NCBI GenBank assembly: GCA_000002435.2
Contig: CM018792.1
Length of the DNA stretch: 64,000 nucleotides
From: Giardia intestinalis
Taxonomy: Eukaryota
Strand: one strand, 5' to 3'
Below are positions 47,817 through 58,822 of this stretch, piece after piece. The position numbers and the translations under genes are program-made. Each line of letters starts with the position of its first letter. Positions within the stretch are counted from its first letter, which is position 1. Under the pieces are notes generated by a model that made no database searches, was not told the origin of the DNA, and was given only the letters and a program-made list of their open reading frames with translations.

Positions 47817-50800
47817 ATGCAACTCAATCAGTCTTTCTACTTCTCCATGGAGTCGCTATTCAAAGACTTAACCGACGTGCCGGGTGCAGTTGAGCGTTTC
47901 AAAACCATATATGAAAACACAAAGCTAGAAGGCTATAGCTACTTTGTAATAGCTGGTCTTTCACTGCTACTCAACTTGCCCCAGGTTCATCCCGATTATC
48001 CCGCATTACAACTCTTTTTTGAAGTCTCCCGTTTCGTCTTGGAGACCATGGAAGCATTACAACAGTACGTTCGTACAATCCATTACTTTATAAGCAATTC
48101 CTTTATAAGTAATTCCTCTGCTCCAGGGACTGTGGCTCAGCGCATATTGGACCTAACTCGTTTAGATACTCAAGTCCCAAATATAGGCGTCATCACCGAA
48201 TATTTGATGATGGTAATCTCCATTCCTGACTTCCGCTCTCAGACCTCGTCCGAGCAGGCCCACGCAGCTATTACCAGCTTACGCTCCCAGGGAGAGGTGC
48301 TGGCCTATTTGTTCTATGTTGTGTACTGTCATAGGGATTCATATTCTATTCAATGCGGAGAGCTTTTGAAGAGCTATATGAGCCGTGGAATGCAGCCGTC
48401 GCCTTACTTGAATAATCTTCTGACGCATGCCATTAATTACTACGTTGGACCAAACTACCAGATTCAGCAGGGGATGGCTATTTCACCGGCTTATTCTCAG
48501 TCAAGTCCGATGGGAATGCAGCAGCGCCAGCTCCAGTGTACTCCACAATTCAGCAACGCCTTGTATAACAAGGATATTGCCATCATCGTGCTCAATGTGG
48601 GACCAATTTCTATCAATGATCGTCACTTCCTTCAATATGTATTAAACATTTGTCAGCCAATTACGACAGTGAAGCTCGTACATCTTATTATGGCTTTATC
48701 CTCTGTTGCTGGTGATCCTTGCAAGTACATCAATCAGTTGAATATGGCGTACTTCATCCAGACCTATCTTTCATCTGTGAAGATGGACCAGGCATACAAA
48801 GAGTCACTGCTTAAGCAGCAATACAGCCAGTATCATATCAATGCCATCTTTTCTGTTCTCAGAAACGGCAAGGTGGATGTTCAGTGGAAAGACATTCTAA
48901 GTATTTTAGAGCAACAAGTCACGACAATAGATACGTATCTTGCACAGACCATTATCACCGCCTATATTGGCTATTATATCGATAGCAATCCGAACATATG
49001 TCTTTGTGCAAGTTGTGCGAGTACATTCGGCTCTCCTTCTTGTGGTAACAATGCTTCTAACAACGTCTACATTCCCCCGCGAGCACGCCAAGCAATTGAT
49101 AAGCCTTCTTACTCTCCGGTTTTCGGCCTATTTGACTATGTCTTTCGAGATACCGATCGCGGTGCAAACTACCTATACTATTTTGAAGCCAATTTCTTCA
49201 TAGGTTCAATTATCTACTTCAACCAGTTGGTTAGAGTGTTCAATAAGATGCTTCTTACCGACGTGATCCCATATTTGAAGGAAGGAAAGGAACTCCCGCC
49301 TCAGTTTGAGCAACAGTATATCCCTTATTGCAAGGTATTCTTTATTTTTTCGCAGATTTGCTCGCCTAGGGTTACCATCGAAAAGGGGAACATTCATCTT
49401 GTCAAGGGATTTCCCATTCTAGCTGCTATGGATATGCTTTACTACGCATTCAAGCCACAGAGCAACTTATTTCATCCTTGTCTATCTCAGAAAAGCGGCG
49501 GGATATTTACACCAGACCTTCTAGAGTATATCTATGATGTCTTTAACCCGATCAACTTAACTTACCCTGGCAATCCGCACCTTACTCCGGCATCTTCTCA
49601 ATCCTATAATTCGCGCGCGTCGAGACCAGAATCGTGGATCTGGTCTTCTCCCAATTTGGTTAAATCAATCTTCCGGATTTATCCACTGGTTGCGCCTCAG
49701 GTGAGAACCGTTTTTAACGACATTTTGGGTCTCAATGGCAATCGATCTCAGTATGGTCCAGATCCAATTTCCCGCTGTCCAGATCAGTTGCTTGTTACAC
49801 TCACTTTTGCTGACATGGATATGTTGCCTGTTCTACAAGATTCTGACCGGCAACAACAGCAGGTCAAGAAGCCTATTGCCCCCCTATACCTTCTCGCCAA
49901 ACCACACGAACTAATCACAAAAGCGATGCTTCGCGTTTGTACCACATTCCTCTTACAAAAGTATCTCTTCAAGGCAACAAAGCAGCAGACAAATCAAGGG
50001 TATATCGACGCCATCGTTGCAACAAACCCAGACATAGTTCTTTTTGCCTGCGAAGTTTTTTGGAGACGGAACCCAAATAATATGGGGAAGGTTATTGATG
50101 TTATTCAAGAGCTGCGTCTCATTGAGCCAATTGTACGCACCTGGCGGTCGTTTGAATTTGTCTGCGATGCTGCAGCATTTGCTTCCGGGCGCGAGTTTCT
50201 CAATCCAGCCCTTTTCATAATTAATGCAATGCAGACGTACGGGCGCACGTTCGCTGAAGAGTTCTTAATTTTCATTCTGAAGAAATCCTTGCGGACGCTA
50301 CGGAACATTGATGGAAAGACTATGCGTGAAATGTGCTTGCTCCTTACTGAAGAGGATGTCAAACTTTGTAGCATGGTGCTGCTTCCCTACGCCGGGGATC
50401 AGTCTAGATGCAGGCAGAACATTACTGATGCCACCATAAGTTGGAATGGCAATTTATTGGAAATCTTGGACATCTTAGCCAAGAAAGAGTACAGTGACCA
50501 GGCTGCAAAGCTCCGTTTAATGGGTTTGTTAACTGAACCGCTAGTGATCACTGCGCAAGGTAATAGCCTGCAGACTTATCATGACATGAACTTCTTGGAC
50601 ATAGCGCTTACTGCCGTGTTGCCTACGGCGTACAATCAATACAAACTTAGAGCTGAGCAGTATATGCTATCGTCTTCTCCAATAACAGAGTCTATGCAGC
50701 TTGTTTTCTTCAAATTTTCCTATGCATACAGAACATATTTCAAACTAGCTTTTCCCGAAGACACTTATTTGGAATCTTTGTTCAGGCTAGTTGAAAAGGT

Positions 50801-53800
50801 CATTAAACATTGCCTTCCCGAAGCAGAGATTATAGAGAAAAGCCCCATGGGCGTTTTCTTCGATGTCTCCACCACCGAGCAGAACATTTGGAACGAAGCT
50901 ACTACCACCCTCCAGAAGTATCTACAAGGACGGCTAAGCTCTGACGAGATGGTAACGATGGCTGCTACTAGGCAGAAAAACTCCTGTTCCACATTGGCCT
51001 ATCAGATGTCGTATTGTACGCTTATGCACACGATTATTGAGCTACTCGATACGCCGGTACGATGTGCGGAACTTCTCGGCATAGGTGAACATGATGCCAT
51101 GCTAGCTACAAACGCTAGTCGGGACGAGCTGGGTGTTATGCAGGAAACTCCCCTTCTTCGGGCAGAATTATCTCTGGCAGCGCTCGGTGGTCTGCTGATG
51201 GGCTCTGGGGTCCTGTCTGATGTCTTTGTTCCGCGCTTGTGCACACTGTTACTCAAGCATCTTAACTCCACCGTCCCCTTTTTTAATGAAGTAGGCATGG
51301 AACTGTTATGCTGCTTCTACAAAGAGGTTGATGCGGTGGAAAAGGACTCTGTGCGTTCGCCAAAACGATGGACAGCTACCTTTTCACATATTTATAACAC
51401 TAGGTATTTCACCGAATTGTCTGCAAAGAGATATGTACCGCTTTCGGCCGAAAAGCAGAAGTATTGCGAGAAGATAGAATCCGAGCGCTTTGGTATAATT
51501 GAGGAGACCCCCATTGACGTGATCATCGATCGGCTCTTCGGTGATAAAAAGGCTGCGGATTATGATCTGACCAAAGTGTACCAGACATTCATGTCTGGAA
51601 CATCTCTCAATGCACCGACCACACAGGGTCATGCTCCTCAGGTGCTTTATTCTTCTGCTTCCCAAAATCTATCCATTCATAGGGAGCAGGACAAATCTGT
51701 GCCGCATCTGCCCGCACAGAACTGCTTTGCAGGCTTACTTTCGCGATACAGGCACCGTATCTCCCCCACCTTGGTTAAAGCCATGGACGACATCTCAGCC
51801 ATGTCTGTAGTTGTTGCAAAGCAAAAGTACGCCCAGTTTGTCACAAGCTTGTTGGGGGTTCTGTCAAACGGCTCACAGACTTCTCTGGGAGAGCTCGTTG
51901 CGCGTCTTCGGGAGGACGTGGTATTTCAGCAGATTCTGTCCTATTATCTTGTGTCCACCTCTTTGTCCTCTAATGATGGAAGCGCCGTTGGCGTCAGCTA
52001 TCGTTCAGGATCCTTTTCTGCTCAGGCATCTCTTTCGACTGTCTCTCTAATCACTGATATAAATCTATATCTAAGGAATGACGCACTCATAGACAATCTC
52101 GCTAATGTAGCCATTTTATCCAGTCGGTTAGTCGATTTGTATGAAGCCTCTTCTGTGAAACAGAGAGTCAGCCTCAAGACAATGCTTTTCCACTATTCGT
52201 TGGTTATGTTGTGGGATCTGGTTGACTCCATATTGGAAGCGGATGAATCGGGTATTCATAGTGAAAGCTTGGGTAGAAACGTCGGCACTTTAGCACCTGT
52301 TGAGAGGCAGCATGCACACGTGGCACTATTGGCCAAGCGATATAAGAGAGCAATAACCTTGGGGCACTGGCTGGGATTTCTTGTGTTTGGAGCAAGATAT
52401 GCTCCTCTAAAGCAAGACATTAACTTTCTAGAGCTCATAGATATTAGCGCCCATAGAGGGACCTTTATTCTTCTGGTGGTTTTCTTCCGTAGCTTCCTCC
52501 GCCACTCTCTCGATTCCCCCGGTCTCCCAGCGACCTCTGGGCTTGTGATCATGATAATCTCAAAGCTCTATGACACACTATGTAATATTAACCGGTTGAC
52601 AATCAGGTATCCTGTCTATCAACTCGAGATTGCTACGGCTTTAATTGGAGATTTCCAGGAGGAGGCGTACACGTGCCTTGAACACACTAAGTTGTATCAG
52701 CACAACATCACACACAATTCGTCTCTTCAAGGCCTGTTTTCTTCTTCTGAACTCATCTGTACCTCTCATGTCAACGGTGACAGGACAGAATTGGCTCTCA
52801 AGCCTCCTCCGTTCAAGTATATTGACCCCGCTGCAAAGACGCGCCAGGCAAGCAGCATCAATGGCTTGAACATGCTACGCTTAGAAAGGTCCTTTAACCC
52901 TCTATCTGATACTCCCTGTCAAGCATATTGCATTCCTCCACACATCTTTCGATCAGAAATGCGGCTTGGCGTTCTTTGCGAGATACAGCGTAATGAAGAT
53001 CCTCAGCAGACGCCTTTTCCTCTCATCCTCTCTTTCCTAACTGCAAATCCGTCTCTTTACGCCTTTTTTGAGCGTGCTGTTCAGATTATTTGCAACATGC
53101 CCGAGCTGGTTGAGGGAAAGAGACGTGCATGTTTCCATGCTCGTAACTTAGTATATACATTGCTCCAGGAGTCGTCCCTTTCTATATGCTCACGTGGGTC
53201 GTCAACGCCATCTATGGCATCTATCAAGTCGCAGACAGGGCCTTCCTCTTCTTCTGGAAAGTCCTCTCATCTTCCGACGGTAGCGTCCAATATTTCGCTA
53301 AAGAATGCTAGCTCAGATGAGACAAACCCCAATTTTGCATACGTAGCAACAACTTATATAGCGACCTCTCTCTTTCGAGCGTCTGCATATACAATTATTT
53401 GCTCAAAGATCCGACTTCTGCTGCATAAATCCTTCTATTGGGTGCCTACAGCAAGAGAGGAAGATTTGCGCTTACAAAGGCTACTCGAAGACACAATTAT
53501 AGAGGGACTGATCCGTCTCGCCGCAGAGTATGCGCTGAGTCTCTTGCACAAGCAGATTAGGGATTTTAGCGAGGTCATTCTAACATCTAAGAAAGATCGC
53601 CAAATGAAGTTTACGAATGCATGCAACACCTCAACTCAGAATCAAGAGGACTCCGAGTACAGTGAGCTATCTTACCAACAAGGAGATACATTCTCATTGC
53701 AATTTCTTGCCCCGCGCGCTGACACCGCCTTTACGACAAATAGCACACCTCTTTGCTGTGAATCAACTCAGAAATTCTCAACGACCTCAGTAGTCAGTAC

Positions 53801-56800
53801 CGTTAACAAACCGGCCCTGTCCTCAGATCTATTGAGAAACTTATGCAGCATGTATGAGCAATTGGATAGCTGTCATAGACTGAAGGGTGATATGACGATT
53901 TTACGTGACTTAGCCCCTTCTATGGGCCACAGAGTCACCACCCTGTATCCTTACGTTATTAAGGGGGATTCTGTCATGTTCTCCGTTCCATACTCCTACT
54001 TTCAGTTGTATCCTGTTGAAGCCCCTTCTTTAATGAGGGGGGTGTTCAGCCACAAGGATATAGAGCTTATTCTTTCAGTTGTCTTCGGATATAAAATTAA
54101 TGTACTATCGAGCAAACCCATATCTTTGAGCTCTCCTGATTCTGCCAAACCAGATGCTCATCAAATGCTTCACTTGCAGGTAGTGGCAAACAGTTTGGCT
54201 GCGAAAATGAGCACCCACTTTTCCTCACTCAAGTGGACCGACTCTCGCGTGATCAATGGGATTTTGCTCAGTACGTATTCACAGGCAGCTTCTATGTTTA
54301 CGGCTATAAATGACCAGGTTCCATTACTGCCACATTTGGAAGGGGGCTCGCGGAGTACCTCGGGCTTTACTAAAACAGATATGCAACTCAGTATGTACAG
54401 CAGCCTGCTTGTGCTCGGGCAATCCATTTCACAAAGCATGGAGAATATGCCATTGGACGGCTTGCCAGATATTTATTCTCTACAGATTGATCATCCTGTC
54501 TTGATACCCTTACATAGCATCCGTGCAGCTGCCAGCCTTTATGGTCGGAACATGTCGACGCAGACGAGGGGAGCGTTTGTCTCTTTTATTCTTTCCTTCG
54601 GAGAATGGGCTATTTCTCATGTTAGTCTAGATACATCGATGGGGATAGCTGAAGGATCTGGTGACTGGAAGCCTGCCTTCGATATTGCCAATGCCTTTCA
54701 AATGAGTACGGTCATCTCCTCTAAATCTGATCTTCAGTCCTTGGTGTTTAAGGATATTAGCTACTCAGAGATTCTAGACCCTCTCCTGAGTAGCTTTGCA
54801 AAGGTGGCCACACCGTCTTTAGAGCAGGTAGCAGGTAAAGGCTATCGTCCCTTTTTTGACCTACGCTCCTACTATAGCCAGGTACAGTTTATCGATTTAA
54901 TTTGCACAAGCACTAATGATGCTGCGGCTCGGCTCAGGCGACACTTTTTAGATATAGAAAAGCCTCATTCCGAAGAGCTTCTGAGTCTGAATTTCTTCAA
55001 GCATATATGCACATATAATTTGACGACAGACGTTGCTTCTTATTCCTTAAATAGCTCCCTGCCGGTGGGACTATTTAAGATCTTATTGACCGTTGCATTT
55101 GATTTAGATATCCCAGAGCTATGTCTTAAGCTCCTAACCCTGGTTAAACTCCGCCTAGTAACCACCATAGCACATGCGATGCTTTGGGAGCTGTTTCTCG
55201 CTGGTATCAATAAGGGGGAACAGTGTAGGACTGTCGATTCAACCCGGTTTTGGTTTGCAGATGTGCTAGCTATCTTTGGCCTAAATCTAGTTAAGTGTAG
55301 AATAATTCCAGAGAAGATTCTTGATACAACCATTTCTGGTGCGTTTAAATACATATGTAACTATCTGAATAGACACTACGAGAAACGACTCTCATCTTCT
55401 AACAGAGCTTATTTGGCTATAATCCTGACAAAGCTAACCTCGGAATCTGGAGTGTACTTAGCAACATGTTGCCACGACCTTGTTTCTGCTATTTCCAAGA
55501 TAGTCTTGGGTCTCTGCTTCACCGGCTCCATCACCTATCTACCTTCTTGCTGCAATGCCTCAAGCCTTCCGATGATTTGCCACTTTTTAGCTGAATCCTA
55601 CATCAACACGCTTGAGACCATCTCCTTGCTCCAAGCACAAGAAGACCAAGCCTTGGGTGTGCTCTCCTGCTCCAAACTACCACCAGCCTTAGAGCGCTTG
55701 ATGCGGCTCTTTGACATGGTAGGTGATTGTTCCTCAGAAGAGGACGATTATCTAAACCTCTATAGACTATTGATATCGACAGGGTACAATCCTTTTTCGG
55801 CACACGGATTTTCTAGCAATCAATCTGACTTCTTACGGGTGCTTATCAAAACCCCTTCTTCAGACGGTGCAGAAAAGTGTACTATTGAATCACAGGTTCT
55901 CGATCAGTTTTCGCATCTCGAACATCTCCACAACGCCATCCTGGAAGATATGGACCTGACCCAACACTCTGCGCCTCTTTCTCTTTCAGTGCTGGCCTAT
56001 AAAATGCTTACGCACCTGATTACAGTGGTTGTCCCTCAGCTTTCTGACACACTTTCCAAAGAGGACGAGTACAGCCTTATGAGCCATTACATTGCACGCT
56101 TCAATGCGTTGGGATACTTTATGGGAGATACAATCTCCAGCCTTCTTATTGATGCGGTGCTGCACAAGTTGTTGAAGCGCAGCAAGGGAAATAAGCTGTG
56201 CAACATGGCCAATGGCCTGGGTGTCTTCATCTGCTACCTCATCTACGCCTGCCCAGAGCACAACCTTTCATGCAGCTACAACAAGTCGGCCGTGCTGGCA
56301 CATTTCCTTGAGAGGCTTTTGCGGTTTACTTCCTACTTAACGAGCTTTAAGTATAAAAACTCTTACAAGCTGCAGGGGCTTATGAATTTTAGAAGTCTTG
56401 ACCTTTTACCAAACATGACATTACGGACAGACAGTGGCAAGGCAGAGTCTCAGGATGTCGTTGTCGACTCTGCCTGCATTACACTCTATAGAATCCTCAC
56501 AGTTTTGTCGGCTAATTTATTTAGTAAGAGCTCGCCTGTATTCGCTTACAGACACGATTTTATCTATGTATTGACTCACTACCTTCTTTATATAAGTCCC
56601 CAACAGAGCATTTTGTTCAATAACCTGTTCCTTGCAATCATCTCAGAGTCATCGTTTATCGATGCTGCCCTCTCGATGTCAGATCTCGATGCTCTCTCGT
56701 ACTGCAGCTTTAGCTTAGAGTACGCAATACATTATGCTGCAAGCACCATACCGTCAACCCTCAACAATGTCGGCAGTCCAATAGCTGCGTCCTCAGCGGC

Positions 56801-58070
56801 AGCAGAGGTGACTAAGGAACTATGGAATATCTGCGCTGACGTGGGGATAGAGTACCTACCCGGCTCGTCTACATCATCCGGACACGCAGAGTTACTGCTA
56901 AGCTCATCGGCACAGCACCACCTTCTACAAATGAAATCAGATCTTTCCGTTATGAGCCTCAACGCCATCCCGTTGTCCCTTAACCCTGTGTACAACCAGT
57001 TCTTTACTGTCCAAGTGGGGAATCCATCATGGAAGCACTATCTGCGACTTCTTTGTGAGGCACTTGAGTTTATTCAATTGACCCCCCAGATCCTGCGCCA
57101 ACTCAATACCACCGACGTGTACAATGCAAACAACTGCTTTGTTAAGAGTACACTGCGGTTACTTGAGCTCTTAAGACACGATTTTCCTTCATTTATTAGC
57201 TTCTACAAAATGCACCTTGCCTCTCGGATTTCGTCCAATCACAAAGCACTTCGGTGTTTCATACTCTCTGTGCCAGGCTCACCATTAACACACTATCAGA
57301 TTGCTAACTCAATGGATTTGGATGTTGTCCGAGATGTTAAAGAGATTTGCCTTGCCCCGCCGCTTGCGGGCTTTCACACCGGGCTCGCCACCGTTCGTTC
57401 TCCGAGCCAAGTCATTGCGGAGTTCTCTCACAGTATCGTGCCGGTAAAGTATACGATGCAGCGCCATGCTCACCCAGCCGCTGCAGCACACGATTCCTTC
57501 GTCATTCGGTTGCGTGAAACTGGAGCGTTGGCCCAAATCAATGAGCTCAGAAAGCTTGCAGCAAAGGGGACTCAGTTTCTGAGGACGGGTAGTGTGAGCG
57601 ATCTACAAGAAACTAAGAATAAGCTAAACAGAGAACAGGCCTCAGCACTTATAGAAAAGCTGTGTGCGATCTTTGTAGCTAACGCCGCTGATCAATCCGG
57701 GATTAGAGATATGGTGTTCATATACTCGTTTGTCTTCTATGCCTGTAGTGAGCTCTTGAGTTGCATTTTAGCTAGCCAGCGCGCCCTTTCTGCCCCTGGG
57801 GAGATGGTAGTATTTCAGCTCTTTGAGCGTCTGCTCCAACACCAGAGCGTTAGAGAGTATCACCTGAAGCACGTTCTTCATACGCTCCTGATTCATCTAG
57901 GGGAGCCGAATCGTATATCCTATATGTTTGCCTTACTCCTTCGACACTTGATAACAGTTGATCTTCAGCTACGGAGAACCTTAAAGGAATGTGTCGAAGA
58001 GATAAAGCCCGCGGATCCTCCGTGGGCCTTACGGATACTAAAACAAGTAATAAGTGAGGGCGGATCTTAA
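47817..58070 (+). CDS. Giant hypothetical protein (3417 aa), probably largely alpha-helical; no catalytic motif recognised
   Basis: An uninterrupted 10.25-kb ATG-initiated ORF. I found no P-loop, kinase, HECT, Sec7 or FATC motif by eye. The family is unassigned. Confidence 0.55.
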   Translation: MQLNQSFYFSMESLFKDLTDVPGAVERFKTIYENTKLEGYSYFVIAGLSLLLNLPQVHPDYPALQLFFEVSRFVLETMEALQQYVRTIHYFISNSFISNSSAPGTVAQRILDLTRLDTQVPNIGVITEYLMMVISIPDFRSQTSSEQAHAAITSLRSQGEVLAYLFYVVYCHRDSYSIQCGELLKSYMSRGMQPSPYLNNLLTHAINYYVGPNYQIQQGMAISPAYSQSSPMGMQQRQLQCTPQFSNALYNKDIAIIVLNVGPISINDRHFLQYVLNICQPITTVKLVHLIMALSSVAGDPCKYINQLNMAYFIQTYLSSVKMDQAYKESLLKQQYSQYHINAIFSVLRNGKVDVQWKDILSILEQQVTTIDTYLAQTIITAYIGYYIDSNPNICLCASCASTFGSPSCGNNASNNVYIPPRARQAIDKPSYSPVFGLFDYVFRDTDRGANYLYYFEANFFIGSIIYFNQLVRVFNKMLLTDVIPYLKEGKELPPQFEQQYIPYCKVFFIFSQICSPRVTIEKGNIHLVKGFPILAAMDMLYYAFKPQSNLFHPCLSQKSGGIFTPDLLEYIYDVFNPINLTYPGNPHLTPASSQSYNSRASRPESWIWSSPNLVKSIFRIYPLVAPQVRTVFNDILGLNGNRSQYGPDPISRCPDQLLVTLTFADMDMLPVLQDSDRQQQQVKKPIAPLYLLAKPHELITKAMLRVCTTFLLQKYLFKATKQQTNQGYIDAIVATNPDIVLFACEVFWRRNPNNMGKVIDVIQELRLIEPIVRTWRSFEFVCDAAAFASGREFLNPALFIINAMQTYGRTFAEEFLIFILKKSLRTLRNIDGKTMREMCLLLTEEDVKLCSMVLLPYAGDQSRCRQNITDATISWNGNLLEILDILAKKEYSDQAAKLRLMGLLTEPLVITAQGNSLQTYHDMNFLDIALTAVLPTAYNQYKLRAEQYMLSSSPITESMQLVFFKFSYAYRTYFKLAFPEDTYLESLFRLVEKVIKHCLPEAEIIEKSPMGVFFDVSTTEQNIWNEATTTLQKYLQGRLSSDEMVTMAATRQKNSCSTLAYQMSYCTLMHTIIELLDTPVRCAELLGIGEHDAMLATNASRDELGVMQETPLLRAELSLAALGGLLMGSGVLSDVFVPRLCTLLLKHLNSTVPFFNEVGMELLCCFYKEVDAVEKDSVRSPKRWTATFSHIYNTRYFTELSAKRYVPLSAEKQKYCEKIESERFGIIEETPIDVIIDRLFGDKKAADYDLTKVYQTFMSGTSLNAPTTQGHAPQVLYSSASQNLSIHREQDKSVPHLPAQNCFAGLLSRYRHRISPTLVKAMDDISAMSVVVAKQKYAQFVTSLLGVLSNGSQTSLGELVARLREDVVFQQILSYYLVSTSLSSNDGSAVGVSYRSGSFSAQASLSTVSLITDINLYLRNDALIDNLANVAILSSRLVDLYEASSVKQRVSLKTMLFHYSLVMLWDLVDSILEADESGIHSESLGRNVGTLAPVERQHAHVALLAKRYKRAITLGHWLGFLVFGARYAPLKQDINFLELIDISAHRGTFILLVVFFRSFLRHSLDSPGLPATSGLVIMIISKLYDTLCNINRLTIRYPVYQLEIATALIGDFQEEAYTCLEHTKLYQHNITHNSSLQGLFSSSELICTSHVNGDRTELALKPPPFKYIDPAAKTRQASSINGLNMLRLERSFNPLSDTPCQAYCIPPHIFRSEMRLGVLCEIQRNEDPQQTPFPLILSFLTANPSLYAFFERAVQIICNMPELVEGKRRACFHARNLVYTLLQESSLSICSRGSSTPSMASIKSQTGPSSSSGKSSHLPTVASNISLKNASSDETNPNFAYVATTYIATSLFRASAYTIICSKIRLLLHKSFYWVPTAREEDLRLQRLLEDTIIEGLIRLAAEYALSLLHKQIRDFSEVILTSKKDRQMKFTNACNTSTQNQEDSEYSELSYQQGDTFSLQFLAPRADTAFTTNSTPLCCESTQKFSTTSVVSTVNKPALSSDLLRNLCSMYEQLDSCHRLKGDMTILRDLAPSMGHRVTTLYPYVIKGDSVMFSVPYSYFQLYPVEAPSLMRGVFSHKDIELILSVVFGYKINVLSSKPISLSSPDSAKPDAHQMLHLQVVANSLAAKMSTHFSSLKWTDSRVINGILLSTYSQAASMFTAINDQVPLLPHLEGGSRSTSGFTKTDMQLSMYSSLLVLGQSISQSMENMPLDGLPDIYSLQIDHPVLIPLHSIRAAASLYGRNMSTQTRGAFVSFILSFGEWAISHVSLDTSMGIAEGSGDWKPAFDIANAFQMSTVISSKSDLQSLVFKDISYSEILDPLLSSFAKVATPSLEQVAGKGYRPFFDLRSYYSQVQFIDLICTSTNDAAARLRRHFLDIEKPHSEELLSLNFFKHICTYNLTTDVASYSLNSSLPVGLFKILLTVAFDLDIPELCLKLLTLVKLRLVTTIAHAMLWELFLAGINKGEQCRTVDSTRFWFADVLAIFGLNLVKCRIIPEKILDTTISGAFKYICNYLNRHYEKRLSSSNRAYLAIILTKLTSESGVYLATCCHDLVSAISKIVLGLCFTGSITYLPSCCNASSLPMICHFLAESYINTLETISLLQAQEDQALGVLSCSKLPPALERLMRLFDMVGDCSSEEDDYLNLYRLLISTGYNPFSAHGFSSNQSDFLRVLIKTPSSDGAEKCTIESQVLDQFSHLEHLHNAILEDMDLTQHSAPLSLSVLAYKMLTHLITVVVPQLSDTLSKEDEYSLMSHYIARFNALGYFMGDTISSLLIDAVLHKLLKRSKGNKLCNMANGLGVFICYLIYACPEHNLSCSYNKSAVLAHFLERLLRFTSYLTSFKYKNSYKLQGLMNFRSLDLLPNMTLRTDSGKAESQDVVVDSACITLYRILTVLSANLFSKSSPVFAYRHDFIYVLTHYLLYISPQQSILFNNLFLAIISESSFIDAALSMSDLDALSYCSFSLEYAIHYAASTIPSTLNNVGSPIAASSAAAEVTKELWNICADVGIEYLPGSSTSSGHAELLLSSSAQHHLLQMKSDLSVMSLNAIPLSLNPVYNQFFTVQVGNPSWKHYLRLLCEALEFIQLTPQILRQLNTTDVYNANNCFVKSTLRLLELLRHDFPSFISFYKMHLASRISSNHKALRCFILSVPGSPLTHYQIANSMDLDVVRDVKEICLAPPLAGFHTGLATVRSPSQVIAEFSHSIVPVKYTMQRHAHPAAAAHDSFVIRLRETGALAQINELRKLAAKGTQFLRTGSVSDLQETKNKLNREQASALIEKLCAIFVANAADQSGIRDMVFIYSFVFYACSELLSCILASQRALSAPGEMVVFQLFERLLQHQSVREYHLKHVLHTLLIHLGEPNRISYMFALLLRHLITVDLQLRRTLKECVEEIKPADPPWALRILKQVISEGGS

Positions 58071-58355
58071 TGTGGCAAGAGATATGGAGTGAATTTAAAA
58101 GGAGCATGATAAGTGTAGTGTGTCGTAGCATTGCTAGAATGTAAGCGTGGAAGCTTGACTTCGAGGTCTCCAATAAGATATACTTCTGTGAGCACACAAA
58201 GATGATATGTATCAGTGAGCTCAGTACTCATCAGCACATAAAGAATCTCACCCAAAGCAAGCCCTATGAGTCGCTCTAGTGTTTCACCTTGTTTCCCACC
58301 GCCAACAACCAAATCTGAAAGATCCGCGGACAGCGCATAGAGTAAACAAATCTGT

Positions 58356-58724
58356 TCACTCCAGCACCATTCCTGCGTCTCCTGTGAGGTGGAGCCGCTT
58401 AACACACGTGTTGCACTCAAATGCTTTTTGGCCGCCTGGAGGAGATTGCTGCGAAACTACCAGAATTGGCGGTTGCTTTACAGGCTCTGCGTTAAGGAAT
58501 ACGCTTCGTGAGGACACAGTTCCTTCTTCTGCCGTTACCTCCAGCCGTGTCTCTGCTTTAACTTCGATCCGTGCGTAGCCCCTGTCATTCATGACCAGCC
58601 TGATGTTGGTGAGCTTTCCTTGGGCCCCCTTTTTCGACAGCAGACCGACCTCCTCCTCGCTCAGCATGATGAGCATAGGCTCGCACCGCTGGACGTCAGT
58701 CTGAGGGAAATCATATCTGTACAT
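58356..58724 (-). CDS. Small hypothetical ORF (122 aa); low confidence
   Basis: It starts at ATG (MYRYDFPQTDV...). A second ORF on the same strand in another frame (58067..58420) overlaps it, so this may be one gene with a frameshift or an unrecognised short intron. It was not identified. Confidence 0.2.
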   Translation of the reverse strand: MYRYDFPQTDVQRCEPMLIMLSEEEVGLLSKKGAQGKLTNIRLVMNDRGYARIEVKAETRLEVTAEEGTVSSRSVFLNAEPVKQPPILVVSQQSPPGGQKAFECNTCVKRLHLTGDAGMVLE

Positions 58725-58822
58725 AAAATTTACAAAAAAGTTAACATTGAATTATTAATTGGTTGCTTCAGCTAGTAATGAGCAGAAAAAATCCATTCTC
58801 CACTTACTCAGCAGAAGATACT

